Shown: positions 18,920-29,117 of the stretch, one piece after another
Layout: each line of letters begins with the position of its first letter
Numbering within the stretch: position 1 is the first letter of the stretch
Origin: an uncultured Chlorobiota bacterium
Lineage (GTDB): Bacteria > Bacteroidota > Ignavibacteria > UBA10030 > UBA6906
Reading direction: 5' to 3'
Assembly: GCA_900696645.1 (NCBI GenBank)
Contig: CAADGV010000043.1
Location: 66,848 to 130,847, forward strand
Length of the DNA stretch: 64,000 nt
Made by a program: the position numbers and the translations under genes
Notes under the pieces: generated by a model
What the model was told of the DNA's origin: nothing
Database searches by the model: none
What the model saw: the letters and a program-made list of their open reading frames with translations, nothing else

Positions 18920-20518
18920 TTAAGTTCGAAGAAGATACAACGCGGTAATATCATCGCTTTGCGGAGCCGATCCCGTGAAGGAGGAAACGTCGCTCATGAG
19001 CGAGTGTATGAAATCCTCCGCACTTTCCGGCCGGTTGTTGATCATGAATTTCTTGAATGAATCACTCGTGTCGTAAAGCTCTTCGTCACTGTTCATCGCC
19101 TCGGGAACGCCGTCCGTGTAGAGCAACACACGTTCTCCCGGTTGGATGATGATCCGATCACTCTGATACGGAAAGTCGATATCGAGCATGCCGAACGCAA
19201 TGCCGCCGTTTGCAAATTCCTCGATCGTGTTGTTGTTCCGGTGAACGTACATCGGATTGTGCCCGGCGTTGATCGTCTCCAACTCTCCCGTCGCAGGATT
19301 GAGAACCCCGACGATGCCGGTAATGTAGCGTTCGGGAGTAGATGAGCGATACATTGCGCTGTTGAGTTTCTGTGCCAGCGTCAGCAAGGAAAACTCCACC
19401 TCAAGGTATGCTGTCAGATATGCATGAAAACTGCTGACCAGCAATGCTGCAGGAACTCCCTTCCCTGCAACGTCCGCCATAATCAACGCGTACGTTCCGT
19501 TTGCAAGAGGTATGCAATCGTAATAATCTCCACCGACCGTTTTTGTAGGAATATTGATTCCGAAAAGATCGTAGCTTGCAATTTCAGGAAGCTTTTCCGG
19601 TATGATACGCTTCTGTATCGCCGCGGCAACTGCAATATCCTGCTCAATTTTCTGCTTCTCCAACTCTTCATTATGCAGAAACTGGCTTTCGATCACCGCG
19701 TGAACCTGACGGCACACAGCAGCAAGAAGCATATTGTCGGTTTCATCAAACGGGATTGTGCCTGCCCGGCTTTCCTTTTCGTACAGATTGAATGCGTATG
19801 CTGCATCATGGAACGTGAATCCCGCATGAATTCGATGGCGCTTATCCTTGATGCGATGCGGTTTGATCCCTTCCGGAAACACCAACTCCCCGGTCACATT
19901 GCCGTTGATTGTTTTCTTGAATGTTCCCCACGAAGCATTCGTGAGTGAGGCTGCACGTTCGAGCGCGAGAATCGGAGGAGAGACTTTCTTCTTCGGCCTC
20001 GTCAATTCAATGCCCGTATCGATGAGACTGTTCAGTTGCAGCAGGCGGTGATTGAGTGAGAAGATGAGTTCCTTTTCTTTCCGCTGCTGAAGGTGAGCCT
20101 GATACGCGTTTGCAAAGAGTTGGAGAAAAATCTGAAGCGAGATCTTGTCGAGAGATGAGTATGCGCTGCCGTCGAGCTTACGGCCCAGTACGACGCCCGC
20201 CGATGATTTATCAACGAGCGGTTGAACGGCGGTCAGTTTCGGGTCTTTACCGCCGAATCCCTTCAGCATGAACGTTGTTGACGCTTCACCGAGATACTCG
20301 GAGCTATCTTGCCCTTTGCCGTACAGAAATTCCCATGAGTCGGAGGATTTCTGCTTTCGATAAATGGAGATTTCCGATGTAACGAAATTTCCGCGAAGGA
20401 GATGAAAGAACTGTCGTGATAATTCCTTCAGATTCGACGTACGGGAGAGGGCGTCAAATCCATCCTGCAACGAATCGATTTGAACGGAGAGACGATCAAC
20501 GAGATGTTGGGACGACAC
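18920..20518 (-). CDS. GAF-containing PP2C/SpoIIE-family serine phosphatase (RsbU-like)
   Basis: GINIPTKTVGGDYYDCIPL...ALIMADVAGKGVPAALL...YTDGVPEAMN (SpoIIE/PP2C motifs). Confidence 0.75.
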   Translation of the reverse strand: MSSQHLVDRLSVQIDSLQDGFDALSRTSNLKELSRQFFHLLRGNFVTSEISIYRKQKSSDSWEFLYGKGQDSSEYLGEASTTFMLKGFGGKDPKLTAVQPLVDKSSAGVVLGRKLDGSAYSSLDKISLQIFLQLFANAYQAHLQQRKEKELIFSLNHRLLQLNSLIDTGIELTRPKKKVSPPILALERAASLTNASWGTFKKTINGNVTGELVFPEGIKPHRIKDKRHRIHAGFTFHDAAYAFNLYEKESRAGTIPFDETDNMLLAAVCRQVHAVIESQFLHNEELEKQKIEQDIAVAAAIQKRIIPEKLPEIASYDLFGINIPTKTVGGDYYDCIPLANGTYALIMADVAGKGVPAALLVSSFHAYLTAYLEVEFSLLTLAQKLNSAMYRSSTPERYITGIVGVLNPATGELETINAGHNPMYVHRNNNTIEEFANGGIAFGMLDIDFPYQSDRIIIQPGERVLLYTDGVPEAMNSDEELYDTSDSFKKFMINNRPESAEDFIHSLMSDVSSFTGSAPQSDDITALYLLRT

Positions 20519-20535
20519 GGGTCTGCTCGCAATTG

Positions 20536-20886
20536 CTACGTTTGGAATGATTTGAGAGCATCAGGGACGGTCTTTTCCTTCCCGGCAAAGTTGAACAACC
20601 CCATTATGGAGAGCATCTTCTCGACGCCGGGATCAAGATTGGTGAACACGAGCTTGCCGCCTGTTTCTTCCAGCCGTTCGATAATTTCGATCAGAAAGGA
20701 CATCCCGATCGAGTTGACAACTTTTGATTGCGCCAGGTTGATAATCACCCGTCTGATGCCGGTATCAAAATGCTTACTGAACTCCTGCGCAATCGCTTCA
20801 CCGCCTTTGTTGTTGACATACCCCGACGTTGCAATCACCAGACACCCGTTCTGCACTTCTGATGTCAGTGTAAACTCTTGTTCCAT
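20536..20886 (-). CDS. STAS-domain anti-sigma-factor antagonist (RsbV/SpoIIAA-like)
   Basis: 116 aa; VIINLAQSKVVNSIGMSFLIEI...GGKLVF, with the candidate phosphorylatable Ser in a NSIG context. Confidence 0.75.
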   Translation of the reverse strand: MEQEFTLTSEVQNGCLVIATSGYVNNKGGEAIAQEFSKHFDTGIRRVIINLAQSKVVNSIGMSFLIEIIERLEETGGKLVFTNLDPGVEKMLSIMGLFNFAGKEKTVPDALKSFQT

Positions 20887-20894
20887 TATAGATC

Positions 20895-21311
20895 CTACGT
20901 CAGTTTCTTGATGAGCGTAATCTTTGTTCCTGTTTCTTTCGACTCGATGCGGAAATCATCCGACATCGATTTCATCAAATGCAAACCCCACCCGCGCTTG
21001 TCTTTCGAGCCGAATTTCTTCCCGATGTCCGGCGACTGAATTGCCGAAGGTTGGAATCCCTTCCCGTAGTCCCTGACAAAAATCGTCAGTTCTTGTTTGG
21101 ACATCGTGAACTCGACCCGAACAATCGGGTTCTCTTCGCCTGCATGTTCCAGTGCATTGATGATCGCTTCGGTAACGAGTACGCGGGCTTCCCCGACTTT
21201 CTCGTCGGTAATTCCGAGATGACGGCTGAGGCGTTCCAGTCCTTCAATCGCAACCAACTCGATATCGGGAATTTTGGGAAGTTCAATCTTCAGAGCTATG
21301 GTATCATGCAT
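20895..21311 (-). CDS. Anti-sigma regulatory factor Ser/Thr kinase (RsbW/SpoIIAB-like, GHKL ATPase)
   Basis: 138 aa; TEAIINALEHAG N-box; VRDYGKGF G1 box. Confidence 0.75.
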   Translation of the reverse strand: MHDTIALKIELPKIPDIELVAIEGLERLSRHLGITDEKVGEARVLVTEAIINALEHAGEENPIVRVEFTMSKQELTIFVRDYGKGFQPSAIQSPDIGKKFGSKDKRGWGLHLMKSMSDDFRIESKETGTKITLIKKLT

Positions 21312-21318
21312 AGGGGGG

Positions 21319-24300
21319 TTAGTCCTTCATCTTTACAGCAATCATCGTGATGTCGTCTTCCTGCACTGCCCCCTTCATCCACTCATCGCCCGAGAATGCG
21401 AGCCGGTTAATCACCTCTTGCGGTGTTCCGCCTGCTGCCTCCTTCAACACTTCATGAACCCGGGCATAGTCGAACATTTCTCCGGCAACATTCTTCTGCT
21501 CGGGCAGGCCGTCAGTCAGCAGTAGCAGCGAGTCGCCGGTCTGCAATTCTTCCTCATGAATAATGTAGGGAAAATTCTTCATTGCACCTAACGGCATCCC
21601 TTTGAGCAATACCTCTTCAACCGTTCCACTGCCGTTCCTGCAAATGAATACGGGCGGCATCCCGGCCGTTGCAAACGTAATCTTGTGATTGTTAATTTTC
21701 ACGAGTGTCAGAGCCATCAGCAGCCTGCCGAGTTTGATATCCTTGATTGCCTTGCTGCAATGGTTCAGGAATGCTTTGATATCGAGACGTGATGCATCAG
21801 AGGTGAAAAGCCCCTTCGTCAGCGTAACGACAGTTCCTGCCTGCATGCCGTGTCCTGTTGCGTCGCCGCATGCGATGCTGAGCGTGCCGTCTTCCGCGAG
21901 ATGAAAATCGTAATAGTCGCCGCCAACTTCGGTCGCAGTCTTCATGAACACGGCAATCTCCAACTGGGGAAGCTTCGGCACTTCTCGTGGAAGCATCGAA
22001 AGCTGAAGCTGTCTTGCCTCTTCCAACTCTTTTGTCTTGCGTTCGTTCTCGGCTTCCAGTGCCCGCTTTTCCGCTTCCGCAGCCTTCGCCCGCAGTTCGG
22101 ATTCGCGGACAAGCGCCTTCTGCTCCCGCCGGTTGATTTCAAACTTCCGAAGCTGATACAGCGCCCCGAAGAACATCAACACATATCCCGTATAGGCCCA
22201 GGCTGTTTTCCACCATGGCGGAGTTACAATGACAGTCATTGTTGTGCCTTGCTCGTTCCACACGCCGTCGTTGTTCGAGCCTTTCACACGCAGGGTGTAC
22301 CTGCCGGGATCGAGGTTGGTGAATGTTGCCCTGTGCTCGGTGCCGAGCTGGATCCAGTTATCGCTGAAGCCTTCCAGCTTGTATGTGTAACGGTTCTTGA
22401 ATGCGTTGTAGTAGCTCAGCGCTGCAAATTCAAATGTTGCGATATTGTCTTTGTACGTCAACTCAATCTTGTCTCTTACAGGAATGCCCCGCTCTTCTAT
22501 AGCCTTGCCTTCACTGTCATCCGTATTGTATCTGCGGAAGGTACTGAATACAACGGGTGGAACGAACGGATTGTCCTGCACGCGGTCGGGATGGAAAACG
22601 TTGAAGCCGCCGTTGCCTCCGAAGTACATTTCACCGGTAGTATGATTTTTTGCATAGGCATTCTGATTGAAATCTTCCCCCTGTAAGCCGTCGCTCGCAT
22701 CATAGTTGCGGAACGTTTCATTCACCGGATCAAATCTCGACAAGCCTTTGTTGGTACTGAGCCAGAGATGCCCTTTCCCGTCTTCCAGAATTCCGAAAAT
22801 ACTGTTGTTCGGCAGCCCCTCAGTCTCCCGATAGATTGTGAAGTTCCCCGTTGCGCGGTCGAGCCGGTTCAGTCCTCCTGTGGTACCGACCCAGAGGTTA
22901 TGCAGTCGATCTTCATAGATACACACGACAACGTCATCGCTCAGACTTGAAGGGTTTGACTTGTCATTCTTGAATACCGTGAATGTTTCCGTTTCGGGAT
23001 TGAACCGGTTGAGACCACCGCCGGCTGTTCCGACCCACAACACTCCCTCATGATCTTCATGAATCGCCCACACGCTTCTCGCACTCAAGCTGGTCGGAAC
23101 ATCCGAGTCATGGTTGTACGCTTTGAAGGTTTCAGATGCCCTGTCGAATTTGTTCAACCCGCCGCCGTTTGTCCCGACCCAAAACGTGCCTTTTCTGTCT
23201 TCCAACAACGCGTAAATTCTGTTGTCGCTGAGGCTTTTCGAATTGGCGGGGTCACGACGATAGTGTTTGAACGTACCCGTTTGCCGGTCGAACCGGTCGA
23301 GACCATTACTCATCGTTCCAATCCACAAGACACCTGAACGATCTTCATACATGACATTCGGAACATCTCCCAGGCTCTTCGGATTGGCGGGATCAGATTT
23401 GTAGTGGGTGAAGGATTTCTTCGCTTTGTCCAGACGATTGAGGCCGGCAGGCGTTCCAAGCCACACCATGCCGGAACGATCCACATGGATGGTCCTGACC
23501 TGGTTATCGTTCAGACTGTTCGGATTGCGTGAATCTCTTGCGTAGTGGGTGAATGAAGTCAAACCGGGATGAAACGTGTTCACGCCACCGCCGCTTGTGC
23601 CAACCCACAGAAGCCCCGACCGATCCTGATAAATGGAGAAAATCCAATTGCTGCTCAAGCTTCTCGGGTCGGTATCATCATGCTCGTAGTTGATGAACAC
23701 GCCGGTCTCCCGATCGAACCGGTGTAATCCGCTATTCACCGTGCCGACCCATAACGTGCCTTGTTGATCCTCGAAAATGGGCCATACCCAGTTGTCGCTC
23801 AGCGAATTCGGATTGCCGACTTCCTTTTTGTAGTGGATAAATGAATCAGTTGCGGGATCGTAGCGTTCGAGGGCACCACGCGTTCCTATCCATATCGTGC
23901 CCGAGCGATCGCCGTACACTGAATACACTCTGTTGTCGCTCAGACTTCGGGGATTGCCGGGATCATTCTTGTATTCCGTCTTCACGCCTGTTTTTGTATC
24001 GAGCCTCGTCAGCCCTCCGCCGGGCGTCCTTTGCCAGCGAACGCCTGCATGATCCTCGTACCAGGAAAAAACTGAACTGACTTTTGCATTCTTCAGGTCG
24101 ATGCTGTCCTTCTTTACCTGCGCGAACGTCTCCGTGAACTTGTCAAACCGGTTGAGAACATCGGCGTTGGTGAGTGTCTCAAACAACAAGATACCGTCCT
24201 TATCCTCGTAGATGGAAACGATGAAGTTGCCGTTCAGACTTTTTTCGTCGGCAGGATTGTGCTTGAAGACGGCAAAGGTGTATCCGTCGAATCTGTTCAG

Positions 24301-24489
24301 GCCTTCCTGCGTTCCGAGCCACATGAATCCTTGACTATCCTGAAGGATGCATGTAACGGAACTCTGGGAAAGTCCGTGCCGGACGTCCAGATGCGAGAAC
24401 CGGAGCGTGGCTTGTGAAAAGGAATGGGAATGTACAAGCTGGATGGTTAGAAAGAGGGCTGCAATTCTACAGCCTGACAAGAATGACAT
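21319..24489 (-). CDS. Periplasmic two-component-regulator-propeller / Y_Y_Y sensor fused through a TM helix and coiled coil to a PP2C/SpoIIE phosphatase
   Basis: Signal peptide; at least 12 propeller repeats (NRVYSVYGDRSGTIWIGT-type); Y_Y_Y domain (YTYKLEGFSDNWIQ); TM helix WAYTGYVLMFFGALY; Glu-rich coiled coil; SpoIIE motifs GGDYYDF...IACGDATGHGMQAG. Confidence 0.8.
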   Translation of the reverse strand: MSFLSGCRIAALFLTIQLVHSHSFSQATLRFSHLDVRHGLSQSSVTCILQDSQGFMWLGTQEGLNRFDGYTFAVFKHNPADEKSLNGNFIVSIYEDKDGILLFETLTNADVLNRFDKFTETFAQVKKDSIDLKNAKVSSVFSWYEDHAGVRWQRTPGGGLTRLDTKTGVKTEYKNDPGNPRSLSDNRVYSVYGDRSGTIWIGTRGALERYDPATDSFIHYKKEVGNPNSLSDNWVWPIFEDQQGTLWVGTVNSGLHRFDRETGVFINYEHDDTDPRSLSSNWIFSIYQDRSGLLWVGTSGGGVNTFHPGLTSFTHYARDSRNPNSLNDNQVRTIHVDRSGMVWLGTPAGLNRLDKAKKSFTHYKSDPANPKSLGDVPNVMYEDRSGVLWIGTMSNGLDRFDRQTGTFKHYRRDPANSKSLSDNRIYALLEDRKGTFWVGTNGGGLNKFDRASETFKAYNHDSDVPTSLSARSVWAIHEDHEGVLWVGTAGGGLNRFNPETETFTVFKNDKSNPSSLSDDVVVCIYEDRLHNLWVGTTGGLNRLDRATGNFTIYRETEGLPNNSIFGILEDGKGHLWLSTNKGLSRFDPVNETFRNYDASDGLQGEDFNQNAYAKNHTTGEMYFGGNGGFNVFHPDRVQDNPFVPPVVFSTFRRYNTDDSEGKAIEERGIPVRDKIELTYKDNIATFEFAALSYYNAFKNRYTYKLEGFSDNWIQLGTEHRATFTNLDPGRYTLRVKGSNNDGVWNEQGTTMTVIVTPPWWKTAWAYTGYVLMFFGALYQLRKFEINRREQKALVRESELRAKAAEAEKRALEAENERKTKELEEARQLQLSMLPREVPKLPQLEIAVFMKTATEVGGDYYDFHLAEDGTLSIACGDATGHGMQAGTVVTLTKGLFTSDASRLDIKAFLNHCSKAIKDIKLGRLLMALTLVKINNHKITFATAGMPPVFICRNGSGTVEEVLLKGMPLGAMKNFPYIIHEEELQTGDSLLLLTDGLPEQKNVAGEMFDYARVHEVLKEAAGGTPQEVINRLAFSGDEWMKGAVQEDDITMIAVKMKD

Positions 24490-24630
24490 CGCGTGCTTTT
24501 GCGTTCGAAATCAGTGTTAGGATTCTTTTTCAAACAGAAGAGGTGTCACAAACGCTTCATGACACCTCCTCATCACAACAGCTTCCGGTGTAAAGGTAGT
24601 GACGACCGGAAGATTATGCAAGTCCGGTCC

Positions 24631-27600
24631 TTATTTCAAAAACATCATCTTTCGCTGTTCGACGTACTCTCCCGCTTTCATGCGGTAGAAGAACACCCCG
24701 CTGCTTACCTGCACTCCCTGGTCGTTCCGGCCATCCCACACAACGTCGTACATTCCTGCATCAAGAGTATTCTGCACAAGAGTTTTTACCGCCCTGCCGA
24801 GAATGTCGTACACAACAACGCTCACATTGCGTTGTTCAGGCAACCCGAAGCGGATTGTGGTTGATGGATTGAAGGGATTGGGATAGTTTTGTTCGAGGCC
24901 GAAGGTTGCCGGGATTTCCGCCGGATTGAGCCCGTCAGGTTCGTTCGCCCATCCTGCAGCGGAGGGCTTCAGAATACCCGTGAATGCGCTGCTCAACGTA
25001 AACTCAGATTTCGCATCGGCAGAGATGGCATTGCCAAGGAAGGCCCCTGTTGCTTTTGTTTCCGCTTTGAACGATATCGTCCCGTTCGGGGCGTAGAAGT
25101 TAGCAAATATATCCGCCTTCGGTCCAAGAACAACGGCCTGGCTTCCTGTTCCGTCAACATAGAAAAGAATCCCCGATGCATCCAGCGGACTCCCCTGCGC
25201 CGGCCCGATGTACGATTCGGGATCACCGCCGACGCCGTTTACAACCCGTACGCGACTTTGTCCCGTAAAGAGAAGTTTTGCCTTGGCTTTTATCGAGAGA
25301 CTCCGGAACTGATACACTCCGGCGCCGTCCAGTCTCAGAGTTGATTGAGGTTGGAGAATAACGTCCCGATACGTTCCGGGGACGATTGTCATAGTCCCCT
25401 TTGTTGCGACGGCAACATCCTGCGTGCCCGCGGGCCCGGACTCAAACGCGGGCAATGTAGCAACGACGGGGAGGCTGAGCGGCGTAAACGATGCACCGCC
25501 GACAAATCCTTGATTCGTCAGCGAGTTGAAATAGATGTCGCCAAATGCTTTTGCCTGGGTCTTCAGCGCAATGCGGTTGGCCCTCAACGAGAACCCGGCA
25601 GGCGCCGATGACTTTGTTCCTAACGTCAACTCAGTCTGTGTTCCCGGAACGACATTGTTGACAATAACATCACCGGAGTTGACAACAACCTCGGTTCCCA
25701 AATTGATGTTGCTGTTGGCAAACAGCACGGCATTCGTTGAGAACGGAGACAGCACAAACACCGATTGCTGGATTTGTCTCCGGAAGCTGTCGGTAACGGC
25801 TGTTGCCTCGGCTCGTGCACGGATTGTGAAATGATAGCTGCCGCCTTCTGCGGTGTTGGAAAACTTGCCGGAGTATATCCCCGCACTCGTGTGGTTGAGA
25901 ACAATCGTCTGGAAGCCGGCCGTTCCGGGCACGATAACATCAGCCTCGACCTGCGCATTTGTTACCGGCCCTCCGCCGAATGTGTGATCGCCGCCGGGAG
26001 CCTGGCCGCCACGCGACAACCGCGCTTCAACGTTCACCTCATCATTGATAGCGTAGTTCAGTTTGTCGAACTTCACCGACATCGTAACGTCGGTCAACGC
26101 CACAATCGAAAGCCTGAGCGCCTCGGGAACAGGGGGTTCCGGTTCTGTGTTTGCCCCGTTGACGTGCAGCTTCCAAATACCGGCCGGAGCATTCTTGATT
26201 CGGTAGAACGCAAACGTCGGACCCGTGAAGTATTCTACTCCCGGAAAATTCGTGTAGTTGAACGGCGTTATGGTGTCGCCCGGAATCGGCGACAGAAGAC
26301 TCAGGAGAAACGTACTCCCTTGCCACGTCAGGCCCGGAAGAAGAAGAGTCGTTCCCGGATCGACAGCCCCTTGCCACGTCAAACCGCCTTGCCATGTCAG
26401 GCCACCCTGCCACGTGAGTCCCGGCGCGTTGGACATGAATGTTGTGTCGGCGAGAAGTTGCGCGCCTGTCAACGTATTCCAAATCTCATTCACAATCTGA
26501 CCGAGGGTGGTGTCGGAGGCAAGATAATATGCGCCGCCGGTCGAATCCGCCAACTTGCTGTTCAAATCCTGACCCGGACTTCCGGCAAAGCCCAACGTGA
26601 AGAGACGGGTTTGCGATGTTTTGATTGAAGGGAGAACACTCAACGCATCGGGTGTACCGTTATTGTCTCCCGCTCCGAATACGATCATCGCTTTGCCGTG
26701 GTTCAGTAATGATGAAGCATTCAGAAGCGATTGCGCTGTTTGCAGTCCCTGACCGAGAAAGCTCGTTCCGCCCGCCAACATATTTTCGATTCTGCTGATG
26801 GCAAGTGCCCGCGATGCATTATCCTGAATAGAAATCAGATCGGAGACGACCGTATTCGGCAACCGGATGACGCCGATTCTATCTCCCACTCTCATCTTCT
26901 CAACAAGCTCTACCGCGCTATTCTTTGCCGGGTTGAACGCGGCATGGGTGGATGTAAAACTCCCCGCTCCGTCAAACACAAGCACAACATCGATGTTGCT
27001 CTGCGGGAGATTTCTGAAAATGTAACCGATACCTGCAGTGTCCGGCGGATGCAACTCGCGTTTCGAAACTTCACCATTCTTGATGAATCCGAACATCGTT
27101 ACAAAATCATTTCCCTCTCCCATAAACGGAACATACTGCGGATATCCGGGATCGTAAATATCCCCCAATCCGCTGTAGTGCCCGATCTCATGCGTGGCAA
27201 CATTTTGGACATCCTTCTTCCCGGCTGTATCTGCCGGAGAAGGATTCGGCGGCACAATCACAAACGGGAAATGTTCCGCATTGAATGCGATGTCAACATC
27301 CGTAAATTCGCCGGTGATACTGTTGTAGCGGACACGCGTTACGGCAATTGTGGCCGGATCGGCCTGAGTAATGTATATCCAGCTTGAGGTAATCCAGGCA
27401 ACATTGTTAACGCCGTCCGGCAGGCCACCCCACACGTTGTTACTTGGTGACCCTACCTTGGAATAGTTCAGTTGGGGAAGGGCGCTCCATGTTGCGAATG
27501 CATTGTCCATCGGAGGTACGAACGAGGAGGGAATGTTCGTGCTTAATGAATATGTTCCGGTTCCGTTCGCCCAATGCAGCGGAATCCCGGACAGTGTGGT

Positions 27601-29049
27601 GTTGACGACAAAGTGATCGCCGTAAATCCTGCTCCGGGCGCCGACAATGATATTCCCCGAAAATTCCGAGGTATTTCCCGCTGAATCCGTTGCAGTTGCC
27701 GAAAGAAATTGCCCTCCTGAAAGAGGTACGAGAGACGGCAGCGAGAAAATAGCATTACCGTTTGCATCGGTTCTTAATGTCAGTGAGCCTATGAAGGTTT
27801 CGCCTTCTCCAAATCCTGTCGGATCGACAACTCCATTTCGAAACACTTCGATTGTCACAAGGTTGTGCGGCCAGCTGTTGATAGAGCCGCGAACAAGCGA
27901 CAACTCGACGTCTGCGTAGTACAGCACGGGATAGTTCTGGCCAAAATTCGGGAGAGATGATGTTGCCGGGCGCGGCGCCGGCGGGCGTGTCGGTAGTTGG
28001 TTTGGCGTAATTCCATTATCGTTCAGGTCTATTCCCAATCCGCCGTTTCCGAATATCCGGTTACGCGAAATACGGTTGCCGAGACCGGATGCGACAACAA
28101 CACCGGTTTTGCCGTTGGCAGTGAGGACATTCTCGAGGATGACATTGTCCGACAGTACGGAAATCTTTATCCCGTGTGCATCAAAACCGCTGATCTTCAA
28201 GCCTTTGATTGTAGAGAAGCCGCCGGTGATATGCAAGCCGTTAGTATGTTCCCCTGCGCCTTCCCCATTCAACGCTACTAACGGGGTCCCGACAAATCCG
28301 GGCTGTGTTGTTCCGTCAATCATCACCGGACGATCAATCGTGGGCAATGGCGATGCGGGACTTATTGTCTGGATGCCCGGACCGGGAATAGCAAACTTAA
28401 TGGTGTCGATCGCGCTACTTGCGTTCGTCGTAGTGATCGCATCCCGCAACGATCCGGTTCCGCTGTCGAGCGTGTTGGTGACTATCACGACAACGGGCAA
28501 ATCAGCAGTCACCTCAACGTCGAGGTAACACTCCGAGCCACGGTCATGCCCGCGAATTGCAAGAAGATTGCTTCCGGCAATCAGAATCTCATCGGGCACA
28601 ACGAAAACAAAACTCCCGCGAACCGCGCATCCTTCGCGTGTCCGCAATCCGCCCGATACGTCATGACCGTTCACAAACACCTGCACGTCGTTGTCAATCG
28701 CAACATTGATTTTTACGTTGCGGGCCCCGCCCGGCAACGTGAATTGCTTGCGTACAAGAATGTCGGTGTTGACTGCCCACGACGTCCTTACGTACGTCGC
28801 ATTATTGAGCGCACAGCCGCCAATCGAGCCGAACCCTGCATCGCCGGTTGCCCACGCGTTATCGTCGTAACCGGGCGACTCAAATCCTGAAAGCGAGCCC
28901 CAGCTCACTTGATTGTATTTGTAACCCGTCCCCAAATACGGAATGATTGTGGAATTCGGTTGCGCCTGCACCCCCGGCTGGCTGCCGAACAGGATTATCG
29001 CAAACATTATCAGAATTGCCCGGACTGAAACGCCGTTGTTCTTCTTCAT
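24631..29049 (-). CDS. 1472-aa T9SS cargo protein: galactose-binding-like, right-handed beta-helix, vWA, metzincin-like HExxHxxGxxD and (GLTWQG)n segments, C-terminal Por sorting domain
   Basis: Signal peptide; PbH1 repeats (NVILENVLTANG...NRISRNRIFGNGG); vWA (DVVLVFDGAGSF); HEIGHYSGLGD; C-terminal [17 protein letters not shown]...FFYRMKAG (T9SS CTD). Confidence 0.8.
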   Translation of the reverse strand: MKKNNGVSVRAILIMFAIILFGSQPGVQAQPNSTIIPYLGTGYKYNQVSWGSLSGFESPGYDDNAWATGDAGFGSIGGCALNNATYVRTSWAVNTDILVRKQFTLPGGARNVKINVAIDNDVQVFVNGHDVSGGLRTREGCAVRGSFVFVVPDEILIAGSNLLAIRGHDRGSECYLDVEVTADLPVVVIVTNTLDSGTGSLRDAITTTNASSAIDTIKFAIPGPGIQTISPASPLPTIDRPVMIDGTTQPGFVGTPLVALNGEGAGEHTNGLHITGGFSTIKGLKISGFDAHGIKISVLSDNVILENVLTANGKTGVVVASGLGNRISRNRIFGNGGLGIDLNDNGITPNQLPTRPPAPRPATSSLPNFGQNYPVLYYADVELSLVRGSINSWPHNLVTIEVFRNGVVDPTGFGEGETFIGSLTLRTDANGNAIFSLPSLVPLSGGQFLSATATDSAGNTSEFSGNIIVGARSRIYGDHFVVNTTLSGIPLHWANGTGTYSLSTNIPSSFVPPMDNAFATWSALPQLNYSKVGSPSNNVWGGLPDGVNNVAWITSSWIYITQADPATIAVTRVRYNSITGEFTDVDIAFNAEHFPFVIVPPNPSPADTAGKKDVQNVATHEIGHYSGLGDIYDPGYPQYVPFMGEGNDFVTMFGFIKNGEVSKRELHPPDTAGIGYIFRNLPQSNIDVVLVFDGAGSFTSTHAAFNPAKNSAVELVEKMRVGDRIGVIRLPNTVVSDLISIQDNASRALAISRIENMLAGGTSFLGQGLQTAQSLLNASSLLNHGKAMIVFGAGDNNGTPDALSVLPSIKTSQTRLFTLGFAGSPGQDLNSKLADSTGGAYYLASDTTLGQIVNEIWNTLTGAQLLADTTFMSNAPGLTWQGGLTWQGGLTWQGAVDPGTTLLLPGLTWQGSTFLLSLLSPIPGDTITPFNYTNFPGVEYFTGPTFAFYRIKNAPAGIWKLHVNGANTEPEPPVPEALRLSIVALTDVTMSVKFDKLNYAINDEVNVEARLSRGGQAPGGDHTFGGGPVTNAQVEADVIVPGTAGFQTIVLNHTSAGIYSGKFSNTAEGGSYHFTIRARAEATAVTDSFRRQIQQSVFVLSPFSTNAVLFANSNINLGTEVVVNSGDVIVNNVVPGTQTELTLGTKSSAPAGFSLRANRIALKTQAKAFGDIYFNSLTNQGFVGGASFTPLSLPVVATLPAFESGPAGTQDVAVATKGTMTIVPGTYRDVILQPQSTLRLDGAGVYQFRSLSIKAKAKLLFTGQSRVRVVNGVGGDPESYIGPAQGSPLDASGILFYVDGTGSQAVVLGPKADIFANFYAPNGTISFKAETKATGAFLGNAISADAKSEFTLSSAFTGILKPSAAGWANEPDGLNPAEIPATFGLEQNYPNPFNPSTTIRFGLPEQRNVSVVVYDILGRAVKTLVQNTLDAGMYDVVWDGRNDQGVQVSSGVFFYRMKAGEYVEQRKMMFLK

Positions 29050-29117
29050 TATGATAGTCTCGTATTGTGAAGTCTGATTCGATTGTTGGTTCTGTAATCC
29101 CCTCTCGGATGAATCAA

